A stretch of DNA of 64,000 nucleotides, taken from Rhodospirillales bacterium (GTDB lineage: Bacteria; Pseudomonadota; Alphaproteobacteria; CACIAM-22H2). The notes under the pieces are model-generated. The model made no database searches. It saw only the letters and a program-made list of their open reading frames with translations, and was not told where the DNA came from. The stretch spans positions 3,980 to 67,979 of the forward strand of contig JAEUKX010000069.1 of NCBI GenBank assembly GCA_016794025.1, written 5' to 3'. Below, piece by piece: positions 17,515 through 26,575 of this stretch. A program made the translations under genes and the position numbers. Positions within the stretch are counted from its first letter, which is position 1, and every line of letters begins with the position of its first letter.

Positions 17515-17618
17515 GCGGGCGCAATCCGCTGCTCGAGCGCGGCAGCCTTGTGCCGATGCTCGTCGCCGGTCTCGTGGCGATCACGATCGGGATGGTCTGC
17601 GTGCTGCTGTTCGCCTGA
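17511..17618 (+). CDS. Small single-pass membrane protein (35 aa)
   Basis: MSGRNPLLERGSLVPMLVAGLVAITIGMVCVLLFA; its ATG overlaps the ric TGA (ATGA). Confidence 0.45.
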   Translation: MSGRNPLLERGSLVPMLVAGLVAITIGMVCVLLFA

Positions 17619-17625
17619 CGCCCGT

Positions 17626-18204
17626 TCAACGGCGCGGGGCGAACTCGCGGTAAAGGCGCTGGCCGAACGCGACAAGCAGGCAGGCGGCGTGGACATAGAG
17701 TTCCCGCCGGTCGAGCCGGATCGACAGCGAATAGTGGAACCACGCGGCGGCCGCGGCCGGGTAGATCAGGAGATGCAGCCGGCGCCATCGGTCCATCCCG
17801 AGCCGGCGGCGCGAGAAATCGTTCGAGGTGGCCGCAAGCGGCGTCATCAGCAGCGTGGCGGCAAGACCCAGCAGCAGGAACACGCGTACGATCTCGTCGA
17901 ACAGGAACGGCCAGTCGAAGGCGTACTGGCGCATCCAGAACCACAGATGGACGAAACCGTAGAGCGCCGACCCCAGTCCGAGCGCGCGGCGCGAAGGTTC
18001 GACGGCGCGCATGCCGGTCAGCGCCACGAACGGGGACACCATCAGCGTGACCGTCGTCCAGCGCAGCGCCCAGAGACCGGATTCCTGCACGGCGATCCGC
18101 CACGGCGAGACATCGTACGTGCCGGCGAGAAGATTGCCGACCAGCAGCGCGAATGGCGCGCCGACGATCGTCCAAGCGAGCGCTTCCGTCCTTCCAGGGG
18201 TCAT
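17626..18204 (-). CDS. msrQ: MsrQ/YedZ-like heme-binding membrane subunit
   Basis: SGLWALRW, RRALGL...YGFVH, LAATSND and WRRLHLLIY motifs of the ferric-reductase-like TM family. Confidence 0.82.
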   Translation of the reverse strand: MTPGRTEALAWTIVGAPFALLVGNLLAGTYDVSPWRIAVQESGLWALRWTTVTLMVSPFVALTGMRAVEPSRRALGLGSALYGFVHLWFWMRQYAFDWPFLFDEIVRVFLLLGLAATLLMTPLAATSNDFSRRRLGMDRWRRLHLLIYPAAAAAWFHYSLSIRLDRRELYVHAACLLVAFGQRLYREFAPRR

Positions 18205-19142
18205 CGCGGCTCCGTTCGGGCAAGGATCCAGTTCGCGACGTCGTCGATGGCGCGGCCTCGCTGACGGTCGCGCAGCAGCATGTGATAGCCGGCCCGGTAT
18301 GTCACGACTGTCCGATCCGCAGGCGGCGCCGGCGGCATAGAGGCCAGCATCGTGGCCGTGGGCCCGCTCGGTACGAGCGTATCCTGCGCGCCGAGCAGGA
18401 CAAGTGTGGCGCCGCCGATGGCCGGACCCGCCGCGAGGCTTTCATCCATGAGATCGACAAGCCCCTTGAGCGTGTCGACGCGTGTGCGCTTGAGGAACAG
18501 CGGGTCGGCCGACAGCTCGCGCAGCATCTCGATATTGTCGGACGCCTGCACGCCGGGTACCGACACGGTCGGCGCAATTCCGGGTACCGTGGCATAGAGC
18601 AGTGCCAGGCCCCAGCGCTCGAAGATCGTCAGCGTCGACCGGCCGCGCACGGCGGGCGCCACAAGCACCGTGCCGTGCACCGCGCCGATGCGGCCGTGTG
18701 CGATGGCAGCCATCGCGACGGCGCCGCCCATGCTTTCCCCGGCGACGAAAACGGGCGCGTCCGCGTGCCTGTCGCGCACGAGCGCGAAGGCATCGGCGAG
18801 GTCGGCAACCAGCGAGTCGGTCCCCGACCAGATGCCCGGATGCGGCGACCGGCCGAACCCGCGCTGGTCATAGGCGTAGGTCGTGATGCCGCGCCCGGCC
18901 CAGGCCTGGGCCGGCATCGTCCAGGCCCGCGAATGGTCGTTGAATCCGTGCAGCGCCAGCACGACCGCCTTCGGTGCGCCGCTCGACGACGGCCACGACC
19001 GGTAGGGAAGCGTGGCGCCGTCGGGCATCTCGAACGCCTCGCCCGTCATGCGCGCGGGCCGGATATCGGGGCCTCGAGGCTCGAGTGCCGGCGTACAGGC
19101 GCCGAGGAGGAGGGCTGCGAAGGCGGCGGCCATCCCGCGCAT
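18201..19142 (-). CDS. Alpha/beta hydrolase (lysophospholipase/monoacylglycerol lipase-like), lipoprotein
   Basis: Lipobox LLLGAC, LHGFNDH, YDQRGFG, nucleophile GESMGG, YHMLLRD. Start may be GTG 19151. Confidence 0.85.
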   Translation of the reverse strand: MRGMAAAFAALLLGACTPALEPRGPDIRPARMTGEAFEMPDGATLPYRSWPSSSGAPKAVVLALHGFNDHSRAWTMPAQAWAGRGITTYAYDQRGFGRSPHPGIWSGTDSLVADLADAFALVRDRHADAPVFVAGESMGGAVAMAAIAHGRIGAVHGTVLVAPAVRGRSTLTIFERWGLALLYATVPGIAPTVSVPGVQASDNIEMLRELSADPLFLKRTRVDTLKGLVDLMDESLAAGPAIGGATLVLLGAQDTLVPSGPTATMLASMPPAPPADRTVVTYRAGYHMLLRDRQRGRAIDDVANWILARTEPR

Positions 19143-19147
19143 GCCGA

Positions 19148-20125
19148 TCACGCCGCGGCGGGCGCGCTGCGCACGAGCTGCAGGAAGACGTCCTCGAGGT
19201 CGCTCTCGCGCGTCGTGAGATCGAGGACCGAGATGCCTTCCGCCCGCACGGCCGCGAGAAGGTCGTCGACGCGCGTGCGGCTGGGCCGGTAGTGCGCGAC
19301 GAGCGTGCGCGTGCCGTCGAGCGTCACGCCGAGGGCGGAGAGCGACGCAGGCACATGGCCGAGGTCGCAGTCGATGGCGATGCGCAGTTCCTTCGCGTCG
19401 AGCCGCGAAAGCAGTGCCTGCTTGGTATCGCACGCGACGACCCGGCCGTGATTGATGATCGCGATGCGATCGCAAAGCTCTTCCGCTTCCTGCAGGTAAT
19501 GGGTCGTCAGCACGACGGTCGTCCCTGCGGCGTTGAGTTCGCGAACGTAGTTCCACAGGCCCTGGCGCAGCTCGATGTCGACGCCGGCCGTCGGCTCGTC
19601 GAGGACGAGAACGGGCGGTGCATGGACAAGCGCCTTGGCCACGAGAAGGCGCCGGCGCATGCCGCCCGAGAGCGTGCGCGAATAGGCGTCCGCCTTGTCG
19701 GCGAGGCCGACCGCCGCGAGGATCGCGTCCGTCCGCCGTTCCGCCACCGGCACGCCGTAGAGCCCGGCCTGCAGGTCGAGAAGCTCGCGCGGCGTGAAGA
19801 ACGGATCCATGTTCAGTTCCTGCGGCACCACGCCGATGGCGGCGCGGCTGCCGCGCGGATCGGCGTCGATGTCGATGCCCCAGACGCGGGCATGGCCGCG
19901 CGTCTTGTTGACGAGGCCCGCCAGAATGTTGATCAGCGTCGACTTTCCGGCACCGTTGGGGCCGAGCAGCCCGAAAATCTCGCCGCGCGGCACGACAAGG
20001 TCGACGCTGTCGAGCGCCGTCTTGGCCGGCATGGCCCCGCGCGGGGCGTAAATCTTCGTCAGACCCTCGATTTCGAGGGCCGCGGCGGGCAGGGGGGCGT
20101 TCGTCGATTGCATCGGGGCGCGCAT
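19148..20125 (-). CDS. ABC transporter ATP-binding protein (ABC-2/DrrA-like)
   Basis: Walker A GPNGAGKST, LSGGM signature, Walker B LVLDEPT, TTHY H-loop. Confidence 0.92.
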   Translation of the reverse strand: MRAPMQSTNAPLPAAALEIEGLTKIYAPRGAMPAKTALDSVDLVVPRGEIFGLLGPNGAGKSTLINILAGLVNKTRGHARVWGIDIDADPRGSRAAIGVVPQELNMDPFFTPRELLDLQAGLYGVPVAERRTDAILAAVGLADKADAYSRTLSGGMRRRLLVAKALVHAPPVLVLDEPTAGVDIELRQGLWNYVRELNAAGTTVVLTTHYLQEAEELCDRIAIINHGRVVACDTKQALLSRLDAKELRIAIDCDLGHVPASLSALGVTLDGTRTLVAHYRPSRTRVDDLLAAVRAEGISVLDLTTRESDLEDVFLQLVRSAPAAA

Positions 20126-20174
20126 TGGGTATCATCCGCGCCACGACAGGGTCAAACATTCCGGAAAGCGCGCC

Positions 20175-20372
20175 ATGGCCAGTACCGCAAACGTCCTTCC
20201 GCCGCCCGAGACCATCACGGTCGAGTCGACGACGGTCGCCTGCGACGGCGGCGGCGGCGCGCTCGGCCATCCGACCGTCTACCTGACGATGGGCGAAGCC
20301 GACTCGGTCGAATGCCCCTATTGCGACCGCAAGTACGTCCTGAAGCCCGGCAGTCCGCGCGGCGGCCATTGA
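20175..20372 (+). CDS. Zinc-finger (zf-CHCC) domain protein
   Basis: 65 aa; CDGGGGALGHP...CPYC pattern. Confidence 0.88.
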   Translation: MASTANVLPPPETITVESTTVACDGGGGALGHPTVYLTMGEADSVECPYCDRKYVLKPGSPRGGH

Positions 20373-23221
20373 GCAAGACCAAGCCCCGCGCGCGGGTCTG
20401 TCTGGTCGACGGCTCGGGCTTCATCTTCCGCGCCTATCATGCCCTTCCGCCGCTGACGCGTGCCGACGGCACGCCGGTCGGTGCGGTGATGGGTTTTTGC
20501 AACATGGTCGCGCGCCTGATCGAGACGCATGCCGGCGACCGCATTGCCATCATTTTCGACACGGCGCGCACGAGCTTCCGCAACAAGATCTATCCTGAAT
20601 ACAAGGCGCATCGTCCCGATCCGCCTGAAGATCTCGTGCCGCAGTTCGCGCTTGTGCGCGATGCCACGCGTGCCTTCGATCTGCCCGCGATCGAGCTTGC
20701 CGGCTACGAGGCCGACGACCTGATCGCGACCTATGCGCGGCTGGCCGCCGAGGCCGGCGACGAGGTCGTGATCGTCAGTTCCGACAAGGATCTGATGCAG
20801 CTCGTGCGGCCCGGCGTGGCAATGCTCGACCCGATCAAGCAGAAGACGATCGGCGAGGCCGAGGTCGTCGAGAAGTTCGGCGTCAAGCCCGACCGCGTCG
20901 TGGACGTGCAGTCGCTCGCCGGAGACTCGACCGACAACGTCCCCGGTGTCCCCGGCATCGGCGTCAAGACCGCGGCCGAACTCATCAACACCTATGGCGA
21001 TCTCGATACGCTCCTGAAGCGGGCTGGCGAAATCAAGCAGCCCAAGCGGCGCGAAAGCCTCGTCAGCAACGCGGAGATGGCGCGGGTCTCGCGCGAGCTT
21101 GTCCGGCTCAAGGACGACGTGCCGGTGCCTGTGCCGCTCGACGAGCTGACATTGAAGCGGCCCGATGCAGCCAAGCTGCGCGGCTTCCTTGCCGCACAGG
21201 GCTTCCGCACGACGGTTGCCCGGCTCGAGGCGGCAGGTCTTCTCGAGTCGGGGGGCGCGTCGGAACTGCCCGCCGCATCCGTTTCCGCGCCGGCGGCAAG
21301 GGTCGCCGCTGCCGCGACGCCAACGGCGGCCGCAGGTCCGGCGCGTTACGAGCTTGTCCAGGACGTCAAGGCGCTTGATGCCTGGATCGCGCGCGCGCGC
21401 GGCGCCGGCGCCTGCGCAATCGACACCGAGACGACATCGCTCGACGCGCTCAACGCCGTACTGGTCGGCGTGTCGATGTGCGTCGAGCCTGGTCATGCCT
21501 GCTACATCCCTGTCGGGCACGTGCCCCAGGGCGCGGCCGCAGGTGCCGGCGGTCTCGATTTCGGCCAGGCGGGCCGTCTCGTCGAAGGGCAGATCCCGCG
21601 CGAAAAGGTGCTTGAACGGCTGGGTCCCCTGCTGGCCGACCCGGCCACGCTCAAGATCGGCCACAACATCAAGTACGACCTGCAGGTTTTTTCCCGGCAC
21701 GGGCTGGGCGAGGTCGCAAGTATCGACGACACGATGCTGATCTCGCACGTGCTTGAGGGCGGCGCGCACGGTCACGGCATGGACGAACTGGCCGAACTCC
21801 ATCTCGGCCACAAGACGATCTCCTACGACGACGTGACCGGGACCGGAAAGGCGCGGATTTCTTTCGCCGAAGTGGCGCTCGACAAGGCCTGCGACTACTC
21901 GGCCGAGGATGCGGAGGTGACGCTCCGCCTGCATCGGACGCTGAAGCCGCGGCTCGCCGAACAGGGTCTTCTGACGGTCTACGAGACGATCGAGCGGCCG
22001 CTCATCCCCGTGATCGTGGCCATGGAGGCGGCGGGCATCTGCGTCGACCGCGGCGTGCTCCAGCGCCTGTCGAACGATTTCGCGCTGCGCCTGGACGAGC
22101 TCGAGAAGCTGATTCACAAGGAGGCGGGCCATCCGTTCAACGTCGGCAGCCCCGCCCAGCTCGGCAAGGTGCTGTTTGACGAGCTGTCGCTTGCGCTGCC
22201 CGATGGCAAGTCGCCGTCGAAGACGAAGACGGGTGCCTATGCCACGGGTGCCGACGTGCTCGAGGATCTGGCCGCGCTCGGCCACAGGCTGCCGCAGCTC
22301 GTGCTCGACTGGCGCCAGCTTGCCAAGCTCAAGTCGACCTACACCGATGCGCTTGTCGCGGCGATCGACGCGCGCACGCAGCGCGTGCACACGAGTTTCG
22401 CGCTTGCCGCGGCATCGACCGGGCGCCTCGCGTCGACCGACCCGAATCTGCAGAACATTCCCGTGCGCAACGAGGAGGGTCGCAAGATCCGCGAGGCGTT
22501 CGTGCCGGCCAAGGGAAAGACGCTTCTTTCGTTCGACTATTCGCAGATCGAACTGCGCCTGCTCGCGCACGTGGCGGATATCGGCTCGCTCAAGGAAGCC
22601 TTTGCCAAGGGACAGGACATCCATGCCACGACGGCATCCGAGATGTTCGGCGTGCCGGTCGAGAAGATGGACAAGGAGACGCGCCGACGCGCGAAAGCGA
22701 TCAATTTCGGGATCATCTACGGGATCTCGGCGTTCGGCCTCGCACGCCAGCTCGGCATCCCGCAAGGCGAGGCCCGCGACTACATCGAGGCCTACTTCAA
22801 GCGCTATCCCGGCATCCGTGCCTACATGGATCGCACGAAGAAGGAGGCCCATCAGCGCGGCTTCGTGACGACGCCCTTCGGCCGGCGCATCTGGCTCAGC
22901 GAAATCGGCTCGAAGAACCCGGCCATGCGGAACTTCGCCGAGCGTGCGGCGATCAACGCGCCCATTCAGGGCGGTGCGGCCGACATCATCAAGCGTGCGA
23001 TGATCCGCATTCCCTCGGCGCTTGCCGATGCGCGGCTCGACGCCCGGCTTCTCCTGCAGGTGCATGACGAACTGCTGTTCGAGGTCGATCCCGGCTGTCA
23101 GGACAAGGCGGTTGCGCTGATTTCCGGCATCATGGAGAAGGCGGCCGAACCGGCCGTCCGGCTCTCCGTAAGGCTCCAGGTCGACTGGGGCGCGGGCCCG
23201 AACTGGTCGGCAGCCCATTGA
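20369..23221 (+). CDS. polA: DNA polymerase I
   Basis: LVDGSGFIFRAYHALP 5'-3' exonuclease, AIDTETT 3'-5' exonuclease, DYSQIELR, RRRAKAINFGIIYG and QVHDEL polymerase motifs. TTG start inferred, overlapping the zf-CHCC stop. Confidence 0.97.
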   Translation: MSKTKPRARVCLVDGSGFIFRAYHALPPLTRADGTPVGAVMGFCNMVARLIETHAGDRIAIIFDTARTSFRNKIYPEYKAHRPDPPEDLVPQFALVRDATRAFDLPAIELAGYEADDLIATYARLAAEAGDEVVIVSSDKDLMQLVRPGVAMLDPIKQKTIGEAEVVEKFGVKPDRVVDVQSLAGDSTDNVPGVPGIGVKTAAELINTYGDLDTLLKRAGEIKQPKRRESLVSNAEMARVSRELVRLKDDVPVPVPLDELTLKRPDAAKLRGFLAAQGFRTTVARLEAAGLLESGGASELPAASVSAPAARVAAAATPTAAAGPARYELVQDVKALDAWIARARGAGACAIDTETTSLDALNAVLVGVSMCVEPGHACYIPVGHVPQGAAAGAGGLDFGQAGRLVEGQIPREKVLERLGPLLADPATLKIGHNIKYDLQVFSRHGLGEVASIDDTMLISHVLEGGAHGHGMDELAELHLGHKTISYDDVTGTGKARISFAEVALDKACDYSAEDAEVTLRLHRTLKPRLAEQGLLTVYETIERPLIPVIVAMEAAGICVDRGVLQRLSNDFALRLDELEKLIHKEAGHPFNVGSPAQLGKVLFDELSLALPDGKSPSKTKTGAYATGADVLEDLAALGHRLPQLVLDWRQLAKLKSTYTDALVAAIDARTQRVHTSFALAAASTGRLASTDPNLQNIPVRNEEGRKIREAFVPAKGKTLLSFDYSQIELRLLAHVADIGSLKEAFAKGQDIHATTASEMFGVPVEKMDKETRRRAKAINFGIIYGISAFGLARQLGIPQGEARDYIEAYFKRYPGIRAYMDRTKKEAHQRGFVTTPFGRRIWLSEIGSKNPAMRNFAERAAINAPIQGGAADIIKRAMIRIPSALADARLDARLLLQVHDELLFEVDPGCQDKAVALISGIMEKAAEPAVRLSVRLQVDWGAGPNWSAAH

Positions 23222-23233
23222 TCTGGCGCGGCT

Positions 23234-23262
23234 TTGCCGAGCGGCGAAGTTCGTAATATACT
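23234..23262 (+). promoter_or_regulatory. Sigma70 promoter TTGCCG-N17-TATACT, probably producing a leaderless mRNA
   Basis: -35 at 23234-23239 and -10 at 23257-23262. The ATG at 23269 sits at the expected +1 and has no RBS. Confidence 0.6.
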
Positions 23263-23268
23263 GTTCCC

Positions 23269-23460
23269 ATGTCCTTTCAGGTCATGCCCTCGGTCTTCAC
23301 GCCCAGCGCCGCGCGCGCCTATGCGCATCCGGTCGCAGCCCCGGCCGTCGTCGCCGACATCCAGGGCCGCGCGGAAAGCATCCGGCGATCGCCCGGTGCC
23401 ATCGCGCCCGCGCCGTTGCCCGCAAACGCGACCGAGCCGAAAGTCTCGTTTTTCGCCTGA
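23269..23460 (+). CDS. Small Pro/Ala-rich hypothetical protein (63 aa)
   Basis: ORF starts at the predicted +1 of a good promoter; no family recognised. Confidence 0.5.
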   Translation: MSFQVMPSVFTPSAARAYAHPVAAPAVVADIQGRAESIRRSPGAIAPAPLPANATEPKVSFFA

Positions 23461-23471
23461 GTCCGAACGCA

Positions 23472-23663
23472 ATGGCCGAGCTCTATCCGCTTCCGACAGT
23501 CATCTCGCCGGTCTCGCCGCGCGGCGGAGCGCCGGCGCGGATCGAGCGCGACGTCCAGCGAAACCAGCCGCCGCCGCCACCGGCCCAGGCCGCACCGGTC
23601 GCCGCAGCCAATTCCGGCTCCACGACACAGACACGCGGAAACAACGTCAATCTTGTCGCCTGA
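23472..23663 (+). CDS. Small Pro/Ala-rich hypothetical protein (63 aa) ending RGNNVNLVA
   Basis: Follows the previous ORF by 11 bp; low-complexity body with a short terminal beta-like motif. Confidence 0.5.
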   Translation: MAELYPLPTVISPVSPRGGAPARIERDVQRNQPPPPPAQAAPVAAANSGSTTQTRGNNVNLVA

Positions 23664-23719
23664 CCCGACGCAGCGCGTCCGGTCCGGGTTAACGCGATGG
23701 TAATGTTCGCGCGACAAGC

Positions 23720-24895
23720 TTGGAGATTGCGATGGCCGACGACGCGCCGATAACCGATGCACGTTCAGCTCTGCACGCGATCGACAGGCGGCTTGTCGAG
23801 TTGTGGCGCGAGGGTTCGCGCTTCATCGCCGGCTGGACGCTCGACAATCTCGACCTCGTCGTGGCGGTCGCCCCCATCGGACGGCTGCCGGGACTGGTGA
23901 CGAGCGAACCGGCCCTCCTGCGCGGCGATCCGGTCGATGCACCTGCCCTGATGAAGATCGCGCAGCGCGCGGGTCTCGAAGTCGCGAAGATCTTTGCGGG
24001 CGCCTGGTGGGGGACGCCAGCCATGAAGGCCGCCCTCGCGCAGAGCATCCAGCGCTACGGCATCCGCCGCTCGCATTTCCACGCGATGGGCCGCATCGAA
24101 ATCGACGGCTTCGCCGAGCTTTCGACGGCCGAGCAGATCGCCCAGCTTGCGACGCTGTCCTATTCGATCAACGTCGCTTCGAATCGCATTGCCGATCTCG
24201 GCACCGAGATCGACCTCGGGCGCAGCCCGACGGCGGCGGGCTTCCGGCTCTGGAACCGCCGGCAGGGTTACCGGTCCGATATCGACCTCTTCTGCCTGAT
24301 CGCGCTGGCGCTTGCCGAGAACGGGCTGGCCCGCGCGCGCGACGAAAACAGCGCGCCCGTCGTGAAGGCCGCCTTCACGATCGCGGCCGGCTGGGAGTTC
24401 TCGCTGCCACGCGGCGGCGCCAGCCCGGTCATCCACAACGACGTCCTTGGCGAGGTGCGCGAAGTCCTGACAAGGCTTGTCGATGCGGCGCTTCCCCGGC
24501 AGATCCTGATCGGATCGTTCAACCGGCCGATGGTCGAGGGACCGCCCAAGCCGGGCAACATCTACCGGAATCTCGATGCGCCGAGATTCATGGGCCTTGC
24601 GCAGCGCCGCCTGCAGGATTTCGACAACGTGCTGCTGGGCGGCGAGAAGGTGTCGAGCCTGAAGCTCTACCTGACCGGCGACGAGATCGGACCCGGCACG
24701 TTCGACATCAAGGCGTTCCGCTACCCGATCCGCAATGACGAGTCGATGGACGCCTTCAACGTGAAGCTCAACATCCATCGCCCCGACCAGACGCCGTTCT
24801 TTTTCGGTCTGCAGCACCGCGACCTGAACGACGTGGCGCCCACGCACGCCTACTATGGCGACGAGTCGGCGCGCGAATTCGTGCTGAAGGACTAG
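23720..24895 (+). CDS. Hypothetical protein with degenerate class III nucleotide-cyclase-like domain
   Basis: 391 aa with host-like codon usage. GRIEIDGFAELS...Q and PTAAGFRLW align by eye to the cyclase DIxGF and TGDGF motifs, but with the aspartates replaced. Start may be 23732. Confidence 0.5.
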   Translation: MEIAMADDAPITDARSALHAIDRRLVELWREGSRFIAGWTLDNLDLVVAVAPIGRLPGLVTSEPALLRGDPVDAPALMKIAQRAGLEVAKIFAGAWWGTPAMKAALAQSIQRYGIRRSHFHAMGRIEIDGFAELSTAEQIAQLATLSYSINVASNRIADLGTEIDLGRSPTAAGFRLWNRRQGYRSDIDLFCLIALALAENGLARARDENSAPVVKAAFTIAAGWEFSLPRGGASPVIHNDVLGEVREVLTRLVDAALPRQILIGSFNRPMVEGPPKPGNIYRNLDAPRFMGLAQRRLQDFDNVLLGGEKVSSLKLYLTGDEIGPGTFDIKAFRYPIRNDESMDAFNVKLNIHRPDQTPFFFGLQHRDLNDVAPTHAYYGDESAREFVLKD

Positions 24896-25644
24896 TCGGC
24901 CCGCGCGCGGGCGCGCTTGGCCAGGCGCACGAGTTCCACGCGCGCGCTTTCCGGATCCGTCACGGTCTTGTCGAAGCGCACGCGCGCGCTCTCGCCGCGC
25001 CCGTGCTCGCGCATGTCCGCGCCTTCCGGATCGATGCCGCACATCGTCCATTTGCCCGGCGCACGTCCGGCAAGGACGCGCGCGTAGAGGTCGACGGCCT
25101 CGGCGTGATCGGCATTCATGTGCGAAAGGATGTCCGCTTCGCCGTGCGCAAGCGCGTCGGCGCCGGACACATCGAACGCGAAGGCATCGAACCAGCGGAT
25201 GCGGCCGAAGCCGGCGACGAGATGGGCGCGCGCGGGCGCGACTTTCCAGAAGGCGAAATCCTTGAATCCTGCATACATGCGCGCGCCCGGAAAGCGCGCG
25301 AGGTACCGTTCGGCCACACGCGGATCGTCGGTCTGCCGGGCGGTGCCCTGCACGCTCACGCGCGGGCCGGTCAGCGGCTCGGCCAGGCCGCCCGTGCCGT
25401 CGAACAGCAGCGAGCAGCGCGGGTCCTCGAGCAGGTTCCTGGTGTGGTCGGCCAGCGTCGAGATCAGCAGAAGCGGGCTTGCGTCGTGGTCGAAGGCGAT
25501 CTGGACGAGGCTTGCGTAAGGTGCGCCGGCCTCCGGCGTGCCCGTGCGCGCAACCGCCGCCAGCACCGCCCGGTCGCAGCCGCGCGCCACGTCGCGGGCG
25601 AGGACCAGCGGATCGGGTTCCTTGGCTTCGCCGGGCGTCGACAT
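24892..25644 (-). CDS. HugZ/pyridoxamine 5'-phosphate oxidase-like FMN/heme-binding protein
   Basis: [40 protein letters not shown] and HMNADH motifs; AAGGAG RBS before ATG 25644. Confidence 0.85.
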   Translation of the reverse strand: MSTPGEAKEPDPLVLARDVARGCDRAVLAAVARTGTPEAGAPYASLVQIAFDHDASPLLLISTLADHTRNLLEDPRCSLLFDGTGGLAEPLTGPRVSVQGTARQTDDPRVAERYLARFPGARMYAGFKDFAFWKVAPARAHLVAGFGRIRWFDAFAFDVSGADALAHGEADILSHMNADHAEAVDLYARVLAGRAPGKWTMCGIDPEGADMREHGRGESARVRFDKTVTDPESARVELVRLAKRARARAD

Positions 25645-25801
25645 GGACGGAAATCTCCTTATTATGCGCGGCCGTCGGGCCCGTCTGCCGTGCCCGGAAT
25701 TGGGCCAACCGCCGCCCCAATTGGGCCGCATTCGCGCGCCAGATTGGCGACAAGGCGCGGTTCGCGCAATTCCCGATTGGAACGGCATACGGTCTCCCAT
25801 C

Positions 25802-26560
25802 ATGGCCCTCTCGCTGAAGTCCCCGCACATGACCCCGCAACCGGTTCCGCTTCCCACCATCGCCCTCGTCGATGACGACCGGAACATCCTCGCCTCCGTC
25901 TCGCTGGCGCTGGAAGCCGAAGGCTTCAAGGTCCGCACCTGGACCGACGGCACCGAAGCGCTGAAGGCATTGCTTGCCGAGCCGGCCGATCTCGCGATCC
26001 TCGACATCAAGATGCCGCGCATGGACGGCATGCAACTGCTCGAGCGACTGCGCCAGCATTCGCAGCTGCCGGTCATATTCCTCACCTCGAAGGACGACGA
26101 GGTGGACGAGGTAATGGGCCTGCGGCTGGGCGCGGACGACTACATCACCAAGCCCTTCTCGCAGCGCCTGCTGATCGAACGCATCCGTGCGCTGCTTCGC
26201 CGGCAGGCGGCCAACCGCGCGGCCGATGCGGGCGAGGCGCCGGCCGCCGCGGCCGAGCCGCCGCTGACGCGCGGCGACCTGACGCTCGATCCGGAGCGGC
26301 ACTTGTGCACGTGGAAGGGCGAGCCGGTCACGCTGACGGTGACGGAATTCATGCTGCTCAAGGCGCTTGCCCAGCGTCCCGGCCTCGTCAAGAGCCGCGA
26401 CCAGCTGATGGACCTTGCCTATGGCGAGTCGATCTATGTCGACGACCGCACGATCGACAGCCACGTGAAGCGCCTGCGCAAGAAGTTCAAGGCCGTCGAT
26501 TCCGAGTTCTCGCAGATCGAGACGCTTTACGGCCTCGGCTATCGCTACAAGGAGAAATAG
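25802..26560 (+). CDS. chvI: OmpR-family response regulator ChvI
   Basis: [52 protein letters not shown] and [10 protein letters not shown] are typical ChvI segments. Start may be 25829. Confidence 0.92.
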   Translation: MALSLKSPHMTPQPVPLPTIALVDDDRNILASVSLALEAEGFKVRTWTDGTEALKALLAEPADLAILDIKMPRMDGMQLLERLRQHSQLPVIFLTSKDDEVDEVMGLRLGADDYITKPFSQRLLIERIRALLRRQAANRAADAGEAPAAAAEPPLTRGDLTLDPERHLCTWKGEPVTLTVTEFMLLKALAQRPGLVKSRDQLMDLAYGESIYVDDRTIDSHVKRLRKKFKAVDSEFSQIETLYGLGYRYKEK

Positions 26561-26575
26561 GCGAAGGGCGTCCCG

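Noticed and set aside
18974-20368. 1415-aa PolA with a long N-terminal extension; likewise the fused ORFs 48644..51340, 57170..59299, 61424..63250 and 18201..20369
   Set aside because: The extensions are open frames running antisense or out of frame over neighbouring genes. Internal starts with stop/start overlaps give normal-sized proteins.
23249-23266. GTTC...GTTC as a second LexA box
   Set aside because: The spacing is N10, not N7.
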